Virus record (IMG/VR): IMGVR_UViG_3300022915_000001
Coordinates: 1 to 64,000 of that record
DNA length: 64,000 bases
Source of the DNA: a virus
Taxonomy: Duplodnaviria; Caudoviricetes
Direction: 5' to 3' (one strand)
The position numbers were made by a program, and so were the translations under genes. The notes beneath the pieces are model-generated. The model saw only the letters and a list, made by a program, of their open reading frames with translations. It had not been told where the DNA came from and ran no database searches. This document shows, piece after piece, positions 62,267 to 64,000 of the stretch. The stretch's first letter is position 1; each line of letters begins with the position of its first letter.

Positions 62267-62469
62267 CCTCCAATGTTCCTGATGACGCCGATGCGCGTGC
62301 GGCTCTCCTCGATCAGGCGGCTGCCGCGCTCGTCGTATTCGCTCTGGGTGATCCTGCCTCCGCGCAACTCCCAATAGAGTCGGGCCAGCGCGGCGGCCAC
62401 GTCGTCGGGCATGAAGTAGAGCGTGTTCGACGAGATCGTCGGATCGGTTGCAATCTTGGGGAAGTCCAT
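62263..62469 (-). CDS. Hypothetical protein
   Basis: RBS GAGGTGAA. Confidence 0.5.
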   Translation of the reverse strand: MDFPKIATDPTISSNTLYFMPDDVAAALARLYWELRGGRITQSEYDERGSRLIEESRTRIGVIRNIGG

Positions 62470-62572
62470 CTTTCACCTCTAAAACGGGAGGCGTGCGCGA
62501 AACTGGAACGGGTCCGCGCACGCCCTGGTGACGCGCAGCCCTCCTCCGAGACGGCTGTGCGGCATATCGATA

Positions 62573-62719
62573 TTACCAGTGCTCCGCATTGTCGTGGCAC
62601 ACGCGCGAACAGTAGCCGCGGTGACTGCCCGAGAAGTGCCAGCGGGGGCAGCCGATACACGGCTGGTAAGGGAACCACCGCAGGTATCGGCGCCAGAACA
62701 GGCGGCTGAGGTGTCTCAT
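62573..62719 (-). CDS. 48-aa zinc-ribbon peptide
   Basis: Hand translation MRHLSRLFWRRYLRWFPYQPCIGC...YCSRVCHDNAEHW*; ATGA-coupled. Confidence 0.4.
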   Translation of the reverse strand: MRHLSRLFWRRYLRWFPYQPCIGCPRWHFSGSHRGYCSRVCHDNAEHW

Positions 62720-63039
62720 GCCGCCGCTTTCTGAAGCGCCGCGATCAGCGCCTCAGGGGTAGCCTCCGGGTTGGCGCTCATCATCCACTCGCCGCCGTGG
62801 CCGTCGATCACGCCATACGGCCATCTCCAGAAGAAGACCACGATGGTGAACGGCGGCACGCTATCGATGGCTTCGCGGTGCGGGTTCAGTTCCAGGCTCC
62901 AGTTCTTGTCCAGCCGGTGCTTCCAGATGCCGGGGAACTGGTTGAGCGGAGCCGCGCCGAGCTTGGCGGTCAGCTTGGCTATCGCCTCCCAGACCAGCCA
63001 GTGATTGGAGTGCCCCTCAGGCGGCTGTTCCGGGTCCAT
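62716..63039 (-). CDS. Hypothetical protein
   Basis: Trp-rich 107-aa ORF with natural composition. Confidence 0.55.
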   Translation of the reverse strand: MDPEQPPEGHSNHWLVWEAIAKLTAKLGAAPLNQFPGIWKHRLDKNWSLELNPHREAIDSVPPFTIVVFFWRWPYGVIDGHGGEWMMSANPEATPEALIAALQKAAA

Positions 63040-63472
63040 TCTTCTTCCTCAGGGCGGCGAGTTCCTGCTTGAGCTTCTTGCGCTTCTCGTCCTTGGGCAT
63101 CAGGTCGTCGATCTCGGCCTGCATCGCTTTCTCCTTCTCGATCAGCCTGAGCTTGTTCTTTTCGACGACGGCCACGAGGAGCTTGCGGTTGGCCTCGCCG
63201 AGCCACGGCGGCAGATCGATCTCGTGCGAGGCGTAGTGCTGGGAGAGCATGTTCGCCGCGCACTCCAGTTCCATCACCTCGTCGAGCGTGAAGCGCGAAG
63301 TGTCGATGTTCTTGAGGATTGAGGTGTCCATAATGTCCTTCCTGACGTACTTGAATCCGGTCCCGAAACAGGTATCGCAGTGACCGGCGATCTGCGAACG
63401 GCACGCTGGCTTGCACCATTCGTTCGACCGGACGAACTGGCCTTTGGGTGACGAGTAGCTGCTGGGTGTCAC
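63017..63472 (-). CDS. Hypothetical coiled-coil protein
   Basis: GTG 63472 (RBS AAAGGA) or internal ATG 63331 (RBS GGAAGGA). Confidence 0.5.
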   Translation of the reverse strand: MTPSSYSSPKGQFVRSNEWCKPACRSQIAGHCDTCFGTGFKYVRKDIMDTSILKNIDTSRFTLDEVMELECAANMLSQHYASHEIDLPPWLGEANRKLLVAVVEKNKLRLIEKEKAMQAEIDDLMPKDEKRKKLKQELAALRKKNGPGTAA

Positions 63473-63702
63473 GCCTGGTGTCCTTTCTGATGCTTCACGA
63501 ATGCCGCCGCCGAGATCTGCTCCCCGCACACGGGGCAGGGCGCGGTGACTGGCCGGCGGCCTACCGGCCGGCGGTACGGCTCATGGCCGAGTTGCCCCCG
63601 CAGGTAGTCGCTCATCGAGAGCGAGACGGTCTTGGCCCTCTCGCGCAAGTCGCTCAATTCTTCGTCTGTGAGTATCACCGATATATTCGGCATTGCATTC
63701 AC
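63469..63702 (-). CDS. Ribbon-helix-helix (CopG/MobC-like) regulator with C-terminal zinc finger
   Basis: ISVILTDEELSDLRERAKTVSLSMSDYLR; CPVC...H...H. Confidence 0.65.
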   Translation of the reverse strand: MNAMPNISVILTDEELSDLRERAKTVSLSMSDYLRGQLGHEPYRRPVGRRPVTAPCPVCGEQISAAAFVKHQKGHQA

Positions 63703-63725
63703 CAGTTTACTATACGCACGTTACC

Positions 63726-63755
63726 TTGCCAATGTACATCGAATTACCGTAGAAT
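63726..63755 (+). promoter_or_regulatory. sigma70-type promoter TTGCCA-N18-TAGAAT
   Basis: Followed by RBS GAGGTGAA. Confidence 0.5.
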
Positions 63756-63775
63756 CTTAAGTGAGGTGAAACCGA

Positions 63776-63961
63776 TTGATTATACTGACGATTCCCGATG
63801 AAGTGCGGATGCCTGCCTTCGAGGCGGTCCTGCACGAGGACGGCTCGGTCGAGGTGACGGCGCCCGATCTGAGGATACGCCTGACCGACAAGCTCTCCCG
63901 GCCCGAGCAGATCCTGGCGCGGCTCATGCTCAGTCTCGGCCTCAGGCGGCTGGCACGGTGA
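63776..63961 (+). CDS. Hypothetical protein
   Basis: TTG start after GAGGTGAA. The next ORF begins at GTG 63958 and leaves the window. Confidence 0.45.
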   Translation: MIILTIPDEVRMPAFEAVLHEDGSVEVTAPDLRIRLTDKLSRPEQILARLMLSLGLRRLAR

Positions 63962-64000
63962 GCCGCCGCAAGTTCAACGTCTGGCGCGACGGGTACGTGC

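Noticed and set aside
1-64000. tRNA/rRNA genes, integrase, endolysin, stop-codon recoding
   Set aside because: None recognised by eye, and genes close normally with all three stop codons. tRNAscan and HMM searches would be needed to exclude divergent cases.

Overview
The whole window is bacteriophage DNA from a high-GC (visually about two-thirds G+C), podovirus-like tailed phage or prophage. No host genes, integrase, endolysin, tRNA or CRISPR array were recognised. Bases 1.3-41.9 kb (minus strand) are the morphogenesis arm: terminase large subunit, portal, scaffold, major capsid, adaptor, nozzle, a beta-helix tailspike, three ejection-type proteins, a 3701-aa polyvalent protein, a head-spike-base-like protein and a collagen fibre. 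Bases 42-47 kb hold small genes and a C5 DNA methyltransferase locus. Bases 48.4-49.2 kb encode a probable terminase small subunit. Bases 49.3-61.5 kb (plus strand) are about 30 small early-type ORFs, and 61.4-63.7 kb (minus strand) includes an MBL-fold hydrolase. Four things stand out. (1) The C5-methyltransferase is dual-frame, of the EcoHK31I alpha/beta type, and its alternative-frame beta chain carries 12 tandem hypervariable GWPTP modules (candidate multi-TRD array). (2) Three small genes with their own RBS-like sites appear to be overprinted in the +1 frame inside the giant protein, each directly after a recognisable domain. (3) A covarying double-hairpin plus GAGGTGAA leader is repeated 8-10 times in front of early genes. 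(4) A TTTGCGCAAA palindrome sits in the 17-bp spacer of three sigma70-type promoters. Family names come from recalled motifs, not from database searches. Several start codons were re-picked from the ORF track using RBS position.
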